Assembly: GCA_013265495.1 (NCBI GenBank)
Contig: MU058423.1
Span: 8,479,627 to 8,543,626 of the forward strand
From: Vicugna vicugna
Lineage: Eukaryota
Reading direction: 5' to 3'
Length of the DNA: 64,000 bases
In this document: in pieces, positions 1 to 13,069 of the stretch
Numbering within the stretch: position 1 is the stretch's first letter
Layout of the letters: every line of letters begins with the position of its first letter
Program-made: the position numbers and the translations under genes
The notes under the pieces: generated by a model
Seen by the model: only the letters and a program-made list of their open reading frames with translations
What the model was told of the DNA's origin: nothing
Databases searched by the model: none

Positions 1-244
1 ACGCAGTCAATCTGTGGCAGAGGACTAGATGTGATGTCTAGCATCTGGTGCTTTCCAGCTCTAATAAAAATTCTTTCAAGCATTGTTTAAATTGAATAAT
101 TAAATCTTTGCATAACAACTTAAGTGTTATGTTTTACCATATATTGTCTTTGAAAATAATATATTTTATACAGTGCCTAGATAAAAACTAAAAATAGCAT
201 ATCATTCACTATTTGAATAACTTTTTACATGTTAGTGATGCACA

Positions 245-380
245 CAGCCCTACAGGTAGGAAGGACCCTATGTTGTCGCTGTTCATATTTTAGAGATTAA
301 GACTTAGAAAGAGTAACATCACACAGCTAACAAGTTGCAGAACCAAAATTCAAAACTAAATTTCCTCAGCATAAGATTTG
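245..380 (-). mobile_element. MIR SINE fragment
   Basis: Similar to the reverse-complement MIR core (ccctacaggtagg...atcacacagctaacaagttgcagaaccaaaattcaaa). Confidence 0.55.
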
Positions 381-614
381 GAGCTGGACTCACAGCAGTG
401 AGATGTGCGGTCAGTCTGGAAGCAAGCTGAAAGCAAGCAAGCTTCTTGGTTGTGTAATAGTCAAGTGAGGCGGGCAGGACACTTGAGGGGAAAGGAGGAA
501 GTTTGGGGAAGGGCCCTTATTGAACTCTACAGTGAGGGAACAAATAGTGGGTAAAGTAAGGGGGTAGGTTTTGCGGCATGGCTGCAGTGAGTACAGTGTG
601 TGAATTTTACTGAG

Positions 615-760
615 ATGGCGTGGTGGAAAAGAGCGCTTCCTCAGACATCGGTCTGAGTGTCTTTTTAATTACTAACTGTATGACCTTAGGTAAGTCAGTT
701 GATCTTTCTGAGCTCTGGTGGTCTCTCATGTGTTAAGTGAGGATAATATTAACCTTGTGA
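615..760 (+). mobile_element. MIR SINE fragment
   Basis: MIR core motif tactaactgtatgaccttaggtaagtca...tttctgagctc. Confidence 0.65.
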
Positions 761-1107
761 ACCCAGTTCTGACTGCTCAAAAGTCTTTCTCTCCTCCCCC
801 CCATCCCCTTGGCTTCCTTCTAGGTTCTTTGTATTTCAGTCTTTTTAGCAGCTACTTAGCTAAATCATGAACTAGCTACATACGTTCCTATACTGAATGG
901 AGAAATACCAGAAGCCTCCCACTGAAAGGGCATCAGAATGACACCAGCTGCTGTGGATCAGAAAGAACTTTTATTACCGTTTTTTTGTGACAGATTTGAT
1001 CCAGGGTCCCTCTCAAGTTTGGTTCTCATTTTTTATTTTGGTTGTTATCCATGAAATAGTAGTTGGTGAATTGTTCCATCATTAATCAATGTTTTTATTT
1101 TTTCCAG

Positions 1108-1228
1108 TTGTATAAGTTTGGAGAGACAGTGTCTATTGTTTTTTGGACGGATACTTGGCGACCAGAAAGCTTCTTTGATAAAGTGCAGAAGAACAGACAG
1201 AGCGGCTTACACACGCTGTGCTTACTGG
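1108..1228 (+). CDS. DPH5: DPH5 internal coding exon ([40 protein letters not shown]+G)
   Basis: Translation matches mammalian diphthine methyl ester synthase. Acceptor tttttccag at 1107, donor gtaag at 1229. 121 nt, ends in phase 1. Upstream exons lie outside the window. Confidence 0.97.
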
Positions 1229-2758
1229 GTAAGGGCTCTGGGGTTTCCTTAGGGTCCCAGTGTGGAGTTGTCACATTGTTCGCATTTTGATTTTGTGTTA
1301 AGTTAAAACTGTTCTGTGGATAACTAGCTAGAGGTAAGAAAGGATACAGTCTAGCTGCTCTGTACATCCCATGCTCTTTCCCGTACTCCTGGGGAGACAT
1401 GAATTTTCTGCTCCAGCTGCCATGTGGCTATTCCTACATACGTGCCGCTGCCCACTTTTGCCCTAGTAGATCCTCCCCAGCATCCCATCGCTCACCCATT
1501 TATTTGTCCATCAAGACTCTGTCCTTGTCAACTTAACTGCAACTCAACAGACTTGCGCTGAGCATTCATTCTTACCAGGCGCCGTCCTGGGTCTCCCTTG
1601 AGATGTTCTTTGAGTGCTGCAGCACTGATGCTGGCAGAATCACACAACTACAGATCTGGAAGTGACTCTGGAGATCTTCTAATTAAAGCCTGTTTTCCAG
1701 ATGAGGTTGAGGCCCAGAGATAGTGAATCATTTTCCCACTGTCACCCAGCTTATTGGTTGCAGAATTGGGAGAATCCAAATAGCCTGTTATTCATAGCTC
1801 TTCTCACTGTATCATGCTGCCAAATCCTGCTTCCCACCTCGTGTGGAAAGAGCTGGGATCGCTGTCTTTGTACACAAAGGTGATGGTACTGACAGGGCGT
1901 CAGAAGGAGTGGGCGGTGTTTGCCAGAGAGGCACTGGCATTGTCGTGATTCACATTCACTATCAGTTCCTGTGCTACAGTCTATGTTGTACAAATACTGT
2001 TACCAAAGTTTTAATCTGGGGATTGGCAAACAGAAAAGAGCTATCTGGCATCTTGGACAACTTGGAAATGACACTTGGATCAGAAGACAAAGTCTGAGTG
2101 CTGCTGCCTGCTAGCTAGGGAGCGCTGTGAGCGGTCCTCACCTTCGCCTTCGTTTTTATCAAATAGGAGTCATCTTTCCTTGCCTCATGGAAGTGCTCAG
2201 AGCAGTGCTTCCTAGACTGTTTGTGGTGAGGGAGCCAGTGTTGTTCTTTTATACACACACACACATATAAATATGTATACATACATGCACACATATGTAT
2301 ATTTTAAAATTTCTAATCTTTTATGTCAGAGTCAAATTGTTGTAAGTGTTGATAAATACTCATTCTCACTCCTGAAGTTTCTTTATCATTTACTGGTAAC
2401 AAAATGCTACATACTGGCATCAGGCCTTGGATCATACACTGAATTGCACTGTTTTGGTGATACTATGTGTGAAGTTACCCAGCAGAATATCTGCCACATG
2501 GTACAGAATCAGGGCAAAGAATGAACCCATGGTTTTGGCCCTTATAGTAAGTACAGATATTCAGAATGTTAGAAAAGCATCCTGTTTGCCAAAAACATTC
2601 AGGTTATTTGTACAGTATAGCCAGTTCTTTATTATTCAGTGATATATAATTTGCATGTTATCAAAACCCCCATTAATATGTCTCTTTTAAAAGACTATAG
2701 GAAAGTTTTACTAATGATTAGCATTTCTTACAGGGTAGAAGTTGGAAGTTATCTAGAG

Positions 2759-2978
2759 CAAGGGTTACTATACAAGCACCCATGGATCAAATCCAGCCCA
2801 CGGGCTGTTCTATAAGTAAAGCTTCATTGGAACACCACCATGCTACTTCATTTATGTAGCATCTGTGGCTGCTTCCATGCTCCAGTGGCAGTGATAAGTA
2901 GTTACGACAGACACCTTGTGGCCCTCAAAACCTAAAATATTTGCTACCTGGCCCTTTACAGAAGTTTGCCAACTCCTG
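2759..2978 (+). mobile_element. MER58A-like hAT-Charlie MITE
   Basis: Full-length similarity to MER58A (…aaaacctaaaatatttgctacctggccctttacagaagtttgccaactcctg). 8-bp TSD atctagag/atctaaag. Confidence 0.85.
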
Positions 2979-3770
2979 ATCTAAAGTGAAATTTTCCCTC
3001 ATCTCATGTGGTACAGCCTGTAACCCCCAGTGATTCTCTTTCCCATGACTTTGGTTGTTTCTTTTCAGTCTTACCATCTATCTGAATTATTGTGTTAACT
3101 TGTTTTCTTCTTTGCTTCATAAGAGCAGGGACATTGTCTTGCTCATTCCCCTCTCTGTAATGTCTAGAAGTCTGGCACAGTGAAGCTGTTTAATAAGTAT
3201 TTAATGAAAGTTAATTGGTTGAAGTTTATTTTTAGGTTTTTTCCCTCAGATTTGATCTTATTACCTGTTGGCACAGAAGATCTTTAACTCTTGCATCCAG
3301 AATACATTCCTTTTATTCCATTAACAGTGACACCTACTTAATTCCAGATCCAGATCAGGCTGTGAATGCTTCTGTGACTTTTTTTGGCTTATGCCTGTAC
3401 CCGACAATTAACTGGTAGGGTAATGTTTCCTTGTTTTAGTTTATTGTCCATGCAATTTAGTAATTCATAATTAATCAATTATCTTTATAGTTTTGTCTGT
3501 GGATTTTCCATGTGGAAAGATACAGGTCTTCCTTTTTTGTAGTTCTTACTGCAAGCACACAGTAACACACTTGTTAACTCATGTGGAATATGCCATTAGA
3601 TATATCCATCATATAGTCTTAAACTTAGATCCAGTTTGGCCAGCAGTGTGTAGAAAGTCAAAGTAGAATGATGTGAGAAGGGCGGCCATTAAGGGGACTT
3701 TTATTAAAGGCAGAGGGGAAGTATATGCCACTGGAGGATAGAAAATAGGCATTCATTGGAACTCAGCTAC

Positions 3771-3771
<1 letters not shown>

Positions 3772-3800
<29 letters not shown>
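3772..3800. repeat. (TG)n microsatellite
   Basis: About 14 consecutive TG units, seen directly. Confidence 0.95.
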
Positions 3801-3803
<3 letters not shown>

Positions 3804-6013
3804 ACAGCAGAACTGAGAGGTTTTAAAACAATGGGGAGAAAAGAATCTTAAGAGGCAAGCTACCTGATCACTTTTTCATGGCATAAAAAATGTGGGGAAA
3901 AGGGGGAAAAATAGGATTAATCTTTTGGAAGCTTTGGGAAGGAAGTTAGAAAATCAATTTACAGTTATTTACCAAATGTTTACTCTGTGCCCAATGTGGA
4001 ATTAGGTTCTGTGGAATACTAAGGAAGTAGTAGACACGGGTCCTGCCCTCAGGGTTTTGAAATCTAGCTGGAACTAACATGCCGTGTACATGAAAGTGTA
4101 GAGAACAATTGTGTTCTATTGTATGGAGAAGCAGGAAGGACAAACCAGAACGTTGGCTCCTGAACTCTGTCTAAGGGCTGCCTCTTTTCTTGGCTTTCCT
4201 GGGAAAAGACAAACAAGGTTAAACAATATATCTTCCTTGCTCCACTAACAAAAACAGGAACAAGGTGTGAAGTATAAGATATCATGATTACAAATTCTCA
4301 AGCCATAGATCTCATCATTTTTATCACCTGGAATTCTCGTTATTTAAATTAGTATGTATTTATTGAATGCCATCAATGGGCCAAGTCCTATAGAGATTAG
4401 TTGGAATATGTCATGGTAAAAAAAAAATCATATAGAATTTAAAATTTACTTGGAAAGATAAGACTGATATGTATGATGTTAATTAGAGATGAATAAAATA
4501 CAGCATTAATTGTATGGTTATTACAAAGAGCATTTGAGGGGAAGTCACTAAAGGCTTAGAGATGGGACTTACCCTACTTAAGGGGTAGATAGTTTAATAT
4601 GGGCTGGTGGCTGGCTGGTCATAGAGCCGTGTGAACAAATTTATTCAGTAGACATTTATGGAGTATCTGCTGGGTTTGCATTATGCTGGGTACTGAGATG
4701 ACTAGGAGATGCTTACCTTCGAGGAAGTGGAGGTAGAAAGGAATAATTATGGACTGTGTGAAGACAAGTAAGTATTAAGATGAGTCTGGCTTGAGATTAA
4801 AAATTCACTGATGCAGTCTTATGTTTAATTAAAACGCATTTGCCTATAAAAATTCTCCCTAACCCTCTTCATTTTTTTAAAATCAAATTCTGTAGAGCAT
4901 ATCATTAAAAGGATAAAAATGAAAATACTAAATTAAAAACTTAACTATCACAAAAAACATTTCAGAAGCTCAAGGTGAATTAATACCTGTATTGAATTTT
5001 TAAAAAATATTACAAGTATCAGGTAAAGGAAATCTATGCTGACTTATATACCGTTGATTATATTACAGGCCATATTTCAGTAACAGCTATGCATTTTTTC
5101 CTGTATGTGCCAGACAAGTGGATATATTAAATAATTTATGATATTTCAAACCTGAAAAATTCACTACTGGTTCCAAGGACATTTAGAAATACATTTAAGG
5201 GAATATCTCTGGAATATTTTCCAAGCAAACTCTTTAGTATCTTTTAGAAGAAAAACTTTTGTAATCACTTAGGAAAGCTGTAGAAGTCTATCAAAAAGAC
5301 CCCTCAGTTACACTATATTTATTTTTGCAAAAACTTTGGCTGAACCATTTGTTTTCTGCATGTAGAGCAGGAAGCAGCTGTTGTGTACTGAGTTCCTGCG
5401 AGGATGTAGAGTGATTCTGCTTTTTTACCTTCTACCGACTTGTTTAGCTGAGCATCAGTGATTAAAAGCTGTAGAGAATCAAATCTTTGTGGCGGTTGCA
5501 TTGTCAAACTTTGTGAGAGCAGGGGCTCTGTGTGTCTTGGCCTCCCTGGTAGCCCCGTGCCTGGCAGTCAGGGCTCGGAAAAGCCCTGTTAAAAGTGTGA
5601 ACATTTGGTATCAGAGTGTCTGTCCATAAGTTATTACACATGTCTTACCATTCACAAGAAAGCAAAAGTCTTGTTTCAAAATGTAGTAAGAATTTTCTTC
5701 TATCTGTGTTACATGCACTGACGTTTATATGCTAGTGCCTGAAAAATAGGTGAGAATAGGAACATGACAAGACCTTTCAGTTGGATCTGTGCCGTTACCA
5801 GCTAATGGAAATGAACACAAAGACTTTGATGAGCTGTTAGGTAGTGTACGCCAGTATTTATCTAACTCTTTCCTGTGTCTTCTTTTCCAAGAGGAAATTC
5901 GATCCTTTCAGGATGGTCTCAGGGCCAACCTCATGTTTGTTTTCGAACTAATGACCTTCACACAACCGCAAGCTTCCATTCTTCTCTATGTTTCCATTAA
6001 AAAAGTGACCAGA

Positions 6014-6300
6014 ACCAGGGGGTAAACGGGGTGGGAAGAGATAAATTGGGAGTTGGAGCTTTGCAGATACTACTATATATAAAATAGATAAACAACAAGT
6101 TTCTACTGTACAGCACAGGGAACTATATTCAATATCTCATAGTAACCTATAATGAGAAAGAATATGAAAACAAATATATGAATGTATATGAATGACTGAA
6201 ACATTATGCTGTGCGCCAGAAATTGACACAACAGTATAAACTGACTCTACATCAGTAAAAAAGAATGCAAATGAAATATGATCATTATTGAAGTTAAACA
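6014..6300 (+). mobile_element. 5'-truncated cetartiodactyl-type L1 3' end with 15-bp TSD
   Basis: Typical 3' UTR motif ctactgtacagcacagggaactatattcaatatc. Flanked by identical aaaaaagtgaccaga at 5999-6013 and 6301-6315, with a TT/AAAA endonuclease site. Confidence 0.85.
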
Positions 6301-6477
6301 AAAAAAGTGACCAGATACATGCCACCGTGAGGGAAGACTGTCACAAACTCTCAAATTAGCGTTTTAGAGACTTGAGAAAAATGTTTACCAAAAATTCAGG
6401 TGGCTCAACTGAAGTTTATGTGTAGGATTTGGGGTAAAGTAGTCAATTAAAAGAGAACTATTTTTTGCTTCCTACAG

Positions 6478-6517
6478 ACATCAAAATAAAGGAGCAGTCT
6501 TTGGAAAATCTAATCAA
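6478..6517 (+). CDS. DPH5: DPH5 40-nt coding exon (DIKIKEQSLENLIK)
   Basis: Acceptor ttgcttcctacag, donor gtaagt. Joins in frame to both neighbouring exons and gives the conserved LLDIK-KEQS motif. Too short for the ORF track. Confidence 0.96.
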
Positions 6518-6664
6518 GTAAGTTCTTATTCTGAGAATGCTTACCTTTGTTTTAATTCCATGAACATAAATTCTACTTAAATGATGTAAGTTCTAAAGAT
6601 TGTTGAAAATCAGCTTCCAGTAACAGTGCAAAATTAAAGCGCTTTCAGCCTTGTGAAATTGCAA

Positions 6665-7410
6665 GCAGTGTGATAGAGTGGAAGTAGCAATGGCACCTAA
6701 TCGGCACTCAATAAATATTTGTGGAATGAGTTAATTGGGAGTCAGAAGACAGGCTTTGAGTCTTGAGTTGGCCTCTGGTATGTGCTCTTGGGCAAGTTAC
6801 TTCCATTCCTGAGCCTTATTTTCCTATGTGTATAATGGGAGTAATAATCCTTTTGTGCTTGTAGATCCAGTGTCCCATGCAGTAGCTGCTCCCCACATGT
6901 GACTAATGAGCACTTTAAATATGTATGGCTAATGTCACTGAGGAAGTGAATTTATAATTTAATTTTAATTAATTTAAAACTAATACTCAACTTAGTTATT
7001 AGAAAACATTTAAGTATATTTAGAGGTGCAATATGTAAATCTACTTTTACAACTATGAATTTTGTGAAATATACAGATCAAGTATTTCCAATGAAAATTT
7101 AACATTTGAATTAAGATGTGCTAAAATATAAAATATAGTCCAGATTTCAAAGAATAAATACGAAAGCAATCTTTAATAATTTTTATAGGAATGAATGTTG
7201 AAATATAATATTCTGGATATATGAGGCCAAATAAATATGTTATTAAAATTAATTTTGGTTTTTTTGCCTGATGTGGTTACTAGAGAACATTTTAAATTAT
7301 GTTTATGCCTTGCATTATATTTCTCTTGGACAATGCTGACTTACAGAATTGTTTTGAAAGTCACTAAAATAATCTATATGAACTGTTTTGTAAACTACAA
7401 AAGCAATGTT
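6665..7410 (+). mobile_element. MIR interrupted by a Charlie1/MER33-family DNA transposon
   Basis: MIR 5' half at ~6665-6860 resumes at ~7340-7410. Confidence 0.6.
6868..7338 (-). mobile_element. Charlie1/MER33-family hAT DNA transposon remnant
   Basis: Ends resemble MER3/MER33 termini (ccacatgtgactaatgagcactttaaat; cattatatttctcttggacaatgctg). Confidence 0.75.
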
Positions 7411-7944
7411 TTAATTTTGATCATTGGGCAGAAGTGGTGGGCTTCTGAGACATATGGAAGTAAACGTATTTTACCCTCTAAGATTTTGAGGTATTTATCA
7501 CTTTAGTGTACTTATTCTTAGAGGAAGATGTGAAAAGAAGAATATGTAGTTAAACATGGTAATTAAAGTGAACACTATAGAACATGACTAAGCGAGGGTA
7601 TAGAACAAATTGCCACTTATTTTGAATTATTTTTGCCTAAGATATCACTTTGAATAAAAGTAACTTTGATTTAACCATTTATCTTTTAAGTTGTTGGAAT
7701 TTTATTTCTGCCAACAATTCAGTAAGAGGAGAGAGCATTTAAAGTAGGACAATGAAAAACACTTAAGAAACGTATAACCATCACTGTGTCCGTGTTTGAA
7801 TGTATGCTTAAAACGGGTAACATGTGACAGCTTCAGACAGAATGTAGACAGTGGTGATTGAGTATTTCTGGGGGCGTAATTGCATTAAAATGTATTACGT
7901 AATTTTATGGCTAAGAGCAGTGGCATCTAGTTTTACACTTACAG

Positions 7945-8048
7945 GGGAAGGAAGATCTATGACCCTCCTCGGTATATGAGTGTAAACCAAGCAGCCCAGC
8001 AACTTCTGGAGATTGTTCAGAATCAGCGAATCCGTGGAGAAGATCCAG
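7945..8048 (+). CDS. DPH5: DPH5 coding exon (GRKIYDPPRYMSVNQAAQQLLEIVQNQRIRGEDP)
   Basis: Acceptor ttttacacttacag, donor gtactc. 104 nt, in frame, conserved GRKIYxPPRYM motif. Confidence 0.96.
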
Positions 8049-9564
8049 GTACTCAGGACCCTAAAAGGGCTCTCGTGTTCCCCTGCTGCTGTGCTGAGAT
8101 GTGGGTGTGACAGAATGTCTGGCACACATGCACACATACACACTAATACCACTGAAGCAAGAGTCAGTGTGTCCACATTGTATTTTTTCTCATCATTTTT
8201 TTTGACTTCCTTAAATCTCATAGGCTGAAAGTTGTACTGAAAGAAAAATAATGGAGTTCTTCCTAATAAAATTAAAAGCATTCTAGAAAGCGAGGATTTT
8301 TAACAAATTAATTATAAATCAGATTTTATGTAAATATGTTAATACATAAATATTTTGGTAAAATACAGAACTTCATTTAGCCCAGACCCTAGGTGAGATC
8401 TGTCCCGCAGAAGTTTACCTATTCTGCTTTTTCTCGTTCTCAACACTGAGGCCAGGTGTAGCTTTCTAGAGGATAAAGACAGGAGAATTGATCCTTACCT
8501 GCCTAACGTCTGGATACAGTGGATATGGTATATAATAAAATGTCCATTATCAGTACTGTTTTATTGAAAGGTTCTTAAACAAATCTGTCATTAGGTTCTG
8601 TTTTAAGATACTGACTGGCTTTGAGCACCTATTCCTTGATAGAAAAGATACATGAAGAGATTCTTGGATGACCATTGCTTACTTTTTTCTCAGTAGACCG
8701 TTTTAAAGTCATGAAACAAACGATCTGCAAGGACGCTCTATATCCATAACTTTGTACAGAGTTCCTTACAGGCTTGCTTGTCCTTGTAGACATTATTTGC
8801 CCATTTTGACCATTTTTCAATCAGGACAGCTTTCCCAACTAAACAAAGCCAGAAAAGGGTCAGCTCTTCAGCTGTTGCATCAGATTGAATAAAACTAAAG
8901 TTCACTGATGCTGGCTACTTTGAACTGAAAAGCGTAAGTAACGTCATAATGCCTGTTGTTTGTTAACAGCTCTGTAGTTTACTAAGTACTTTCATATTTA
9001 TTATCTCAGCCCTTAAACCACCATTTAAGACAGACAGTATTCCATTTTTTAAAAAATGGAAGAAATAAAAATGAAATTTGTCACGTAGCTGATTAAGTGG
9101 CCAAACACAAACTCAAATCTGTGTTTTTATCTCATAATCCCCTGGCTTTTCCAGTATTTGGTTGATGTGAATATATCCCGGACATTTTATTTAAAATATA
9201 AGCATGTATTAAACACTGTTCACTTAGAATCTTCTTAAAGACAAATGCTGTGCAGTAGAGTATGGATGCAGGTAATTGTTCATCAAGTCCTAAAAACTTG
9301 AAGGTGAGCCTTTGGAATTCTGGAAGGGTAAAGTTAGGAAGTACTGCTCCACTTTATATGTCAGGGAGTACAAATCATTTAGAAAAGCCTTAGATAAGTC
9401 AGTAGATGGTTGGTCCATAATGAACAACTAAGGGGACTTACGCTATCTGTGGCTTCTTTAAATGTACTTTTGGTACTAGTGTTAGTTTGAATTGATTGAG
9501 GATAATGCATTTACTGAATTGAATGGCCGTGTCTTTTTTTTTTTTTTTTTTTTTTTGAATATAG

Positions 9565-9794
9565 CAATCACCGAGGAGACACTCTGTGTTGGCTTAGCCA
9601 GGGTTGGAGCTGAGGACCAGAAAATTGCAGCAGGCACTTTGCAGCAGATGTGTACTGTGGACTTGGGAGGACCACTGCATTCCTTGATTATCACAGGAGG
9701 CAGCTTGCATCCACTGGAGATGGAGATGCTGAATCTGTTTTCCATACCAGAAAATTGCTCAGAATCACAAAGCGTTGATGGGCTCCAAACATAG
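9565..9794 (+). CDS. DPH5: DPH5 terminal coding exon (AITEETLCVGLARVG...SESQSVDGLQT*)
   Basis: Acceptor T23-gaatatag. Conserved GLARVG and DLGxPLHSLII motifs. TAG stop at 9792-9794. Confidence 0.97.
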
Positions 9795-10449
9795 ACAGTT
9801 TTTCTTGTGAGACATTAACTTCAGTCATGTATGCACGTACACGTATTTGTATAACAAATCAAACAGGCCTTTTGGTTTACATAGTAAGTATAAAGCAAGT
9901 GACCAAGAAGAAAGGTGTTCACTCACAGTGCTTGGTTTCCTGTGGCAGTGAGTTTTTCCCTGTGACATCATCAGTTGCTGCGGTTTTGGCAGTTTTTCAG
10001 GGTGTGCATACATGGAGCAGACCAAATTGGAAAACTTGTAGACAGACATCCATAGGCAGAATTATTGAAGAGCAATTTTTGTTTATGAAACCAGTTTATA
10101 CAAGGTGGAACTTTCTTCCTTCTTCTAAAGTCAGCTGTACTGACTGCGAGATAAGTTGTCCTGACAGCGTTTGGTATTAATGCAGATAAACAGAGGTGGG
10201 AGGCGTTAAGTCCCCACCCAACATTCTTACTTAAAGCTCAGCTGAGTACATGCCACGCAGTGACATCCTTTTGAATTGTCTTGTCGTGTTTAGCTGATGT
10301 CCTAATTATGTGGCTCATGTTCTGCTGTATTTTGGAGGTTGTATAATGGTTGAATTATGAATGTTCAGCCAGCCATGTATAGCTGCTGCTTGGTTTCAAT
10401 TAGCATCTTTCAAATCCAAATTGACAAATGGAAAACTTGCTGACTACAA

Positions 10450-10455
10450 AATAAA
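10450..10455 (+). terminator. Candidate DPH5 polyadenylation signal (AATAAA)
   Basis: First canonical AATAAA I found downstream of the stop (~650 nt), before the repeat-rich intergenic block. Inferred, no transcript data. Confidence 0.5.
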
Positions 10456-10681
10456 ATTTAAAAAAATTTAAGTTTGAAGACAACAATGGATTAGTCAAGA
10501 TTTGTCATATCACTTAACAGTTAATACGGTTCTACGTGTATGCAAGTAGCCACAGTCTTCTTCCTAGTTGTAAATCACACTCCCATTTTTTATATTTCAT
10601 GACTGTAAAGTTTTGTACTTTTCCAGTTTCTAACAGAAATAGCTTTGCTACATGTTAGTTTAGTTGGTCTAACTCTGAGTA

Positions 10682-10889
10682 CAGTTGACCCTTGAAGAAC
10701 ACAGGTTTGAACTGCACGGGTCCATTTGTACACAGATTTTTTTTTTCACTTAATACATCCTACAGTACTACACAGTCTGGTTGGTTGAATCCACAGGTGG
10801 TTGAATCCATGGATGTGGAACTGTGGATGTTTTCAGCTTAATGGAGCGTCAGTGCCCCAACCCCCACATTGTTCAAGGTCAGTCAGCTG
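10682..10889 (+). mobile_element. Tigger2-derived MITE (MER28/Tigger2a-like)
   Basis: TA|cagttgacccttgaa terminal inverted repeat and a degenerate matching right end (gttcaaggtcagtcagctg). Confidence 0.8.
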
Positions 10890-13069
10890 TGTTTCCATGT
10901 TCTAATCAATTTATCTGACCTCTTTGTTCAGTAAATTCATTGGAAGTTGAGCAGATACTTCCCTATTTTCTGGAAGCAGCAATTAAGAAGAGATTCTTTT
11001 GAGTTATTTCATTTCAGCTGTGATAAAAAGATATCTTAATATATGTGAAACAATCTGTTTTCAATCTGTCGGACACAAGAGGGAAGAGAGCCGAAGGATA
11101 TTTAAGTACTAGTTCTACCAGTATTTTCTTCTAAGGTGTTAAATTAAATGTTGAAGAATAAATTGAAGGCCTTCTGCTTTTGGTTGTAGTGAAATAGCTT
11201 GTGATGGACAAACCTTGGCACTGGGGAGTGGCCATAACAGCCTGAGGGCTCTGCTCCTATGACTCTTCCCTGAGGGCATTCACCGGTCTGTCTGGTTGAG
11301 GGGAGGGCTAGAGCTCATGAGAAAGCCGCAGTCTTACAAGCTTGAGGTGTTAGAGGAGTTGGGACTGCTGGATGAGCTGAAATTGAAGGAAGAAATCCTA
11401 GAAATGAAGATGGCGCTGAGGAAGGAGCCTTCCAATCTGTGTATAATTTCCCCTTAAATCTAACTCCTGCGTTGTGCATGTGCAGGGAGGGCTCCGATGA
11501 CTCTGGTGGAGAGCCATATCTGGAAGGCTGAAAAAGCTGAGCAGAAATTTTTGCTCTCTGTCGCAAGAGAAAACAGATTTGAATCCCGGTAAGTTGGAAG
11601 GCTTGATAAGTACCTCAGGCTTTCCATCAAATCCCTAGAATGGTTGTGTATTATTAGCGATAAAGGCTATGCCCGGGACTAAGGATTTGTGCTAAAACTA
11701 AAGACAGAATCTTTAACGTAATGTAAAATCAAGCCTCCATAAAATCGAGGTGACTGGCCAATAATTTAACTGCCTGCTAGGACAAAGCTTATCACTTCCA
11801 CCACATGATAACGAAATGAATCTATCTATCAACAATGCCTGGAATGTTTTAAAATACTATGCGGCATGCAGTGAAACAGGAAGATATGACTATGGTCCAA
11901 AAGAAAAAAGCACACAGTAAAAAGATCCTAAAATAATCCAGGTACTGGAATTAGCAGACAAGGATTCCAAAGCAGCTATCAGAACTGTGTTCAAGGATAA
12001 AAAGGGAAAGTGGTTGTAATGAATTAATATAAATGCGTACTCTCAGCAGAGAAATGGAAGCAAAGAAAAACCCAAATGGACTAAATAGCAGAGCACAGGT
12101 AACAGGTGAATAGAAATTGCCCTATCTGAGGAATTTAAATAAAAAGAGCTCAGAACCTCAGTGCCATGTGGAGCAATATCAAGCAGTTCAACATGTAATT
12201 GGATTCCCAGAAGAACAGAAAGGAGATAGGGCAGAAAAAAATATGAGTAAGTAAAGGCAAAAATTTTCCCAAGTTTGGTGAACCTATGAATACACAGATC
12301 CAGTAAGTTCAGTGAACTCCAAGAAGAATAAATATAGAGAAAGCCATACCTAACAAACAGATCACAGTTAAAACTGACGAAAATCAGAGATGAAAGAATC
12401 AGTAGGGGTTGTTCTCATTGGAAACAGTGGCTGTCAGAAGACAATGGAAAGACAAAATCTTTACAGAAATTTAAAAGCAGAATAAAACCCTATCAATCCA
12501 GTGTTTTATATATCCAGTAAAAATATCCTTCAAAAATGAAGACAAAGCAATCTTCATGAAAACAGAATTTGTCACTAGCAGACCTGCACTGCAAGGAAAG
12601 CTGAGGGAGGTTTCTTGGGCTGAAGGTAAATGACATCAGATAGAAGGGAGGAAATAAGTATTAAGTATAAGTGACTATCAGGTTTTCTTTGCTTCATGTT
12701 TCTAAAAGACAGCTGACAATTTAACATAGTGTGGTGGCATATATCTGGCTGTAAAATACATAAATACATAAACAATATATAAATATATAAAAAATATAAA
12801 ACAATAATGGAAGTTGCAGATGTTAAAGGGAATTATACAGCTGTGGAGTTCTTTCATTTTATTTAAAGGAGCAGAATAGTAACTGCAAGTAGACTGTGAT
12901 AAGTTAAGGATGTGTATTGTAATCCCTCGGCAGCCACTATTAAAACAAAACAAAACGCATGGCAGAAGTAAAATAAATAAATATAAGAGGAATTAAAATT
13001 GAATCCTGAAAGATATATGATTAACCAAAAGCGGGCAGGAAAGGAGGAAATAAAGGTCAAAAATGATAG

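Noticed and set aside
7895..7944. DPH5 acceptor ttttacacttacag resembles a MER33 internal motif, suggesting a transposon-donated splice site
   Set aside because: The match is only ~14 nt to a recalled consensus, flanking similarity is weak, and the exon is far older than MER33. Most likely coincidence.
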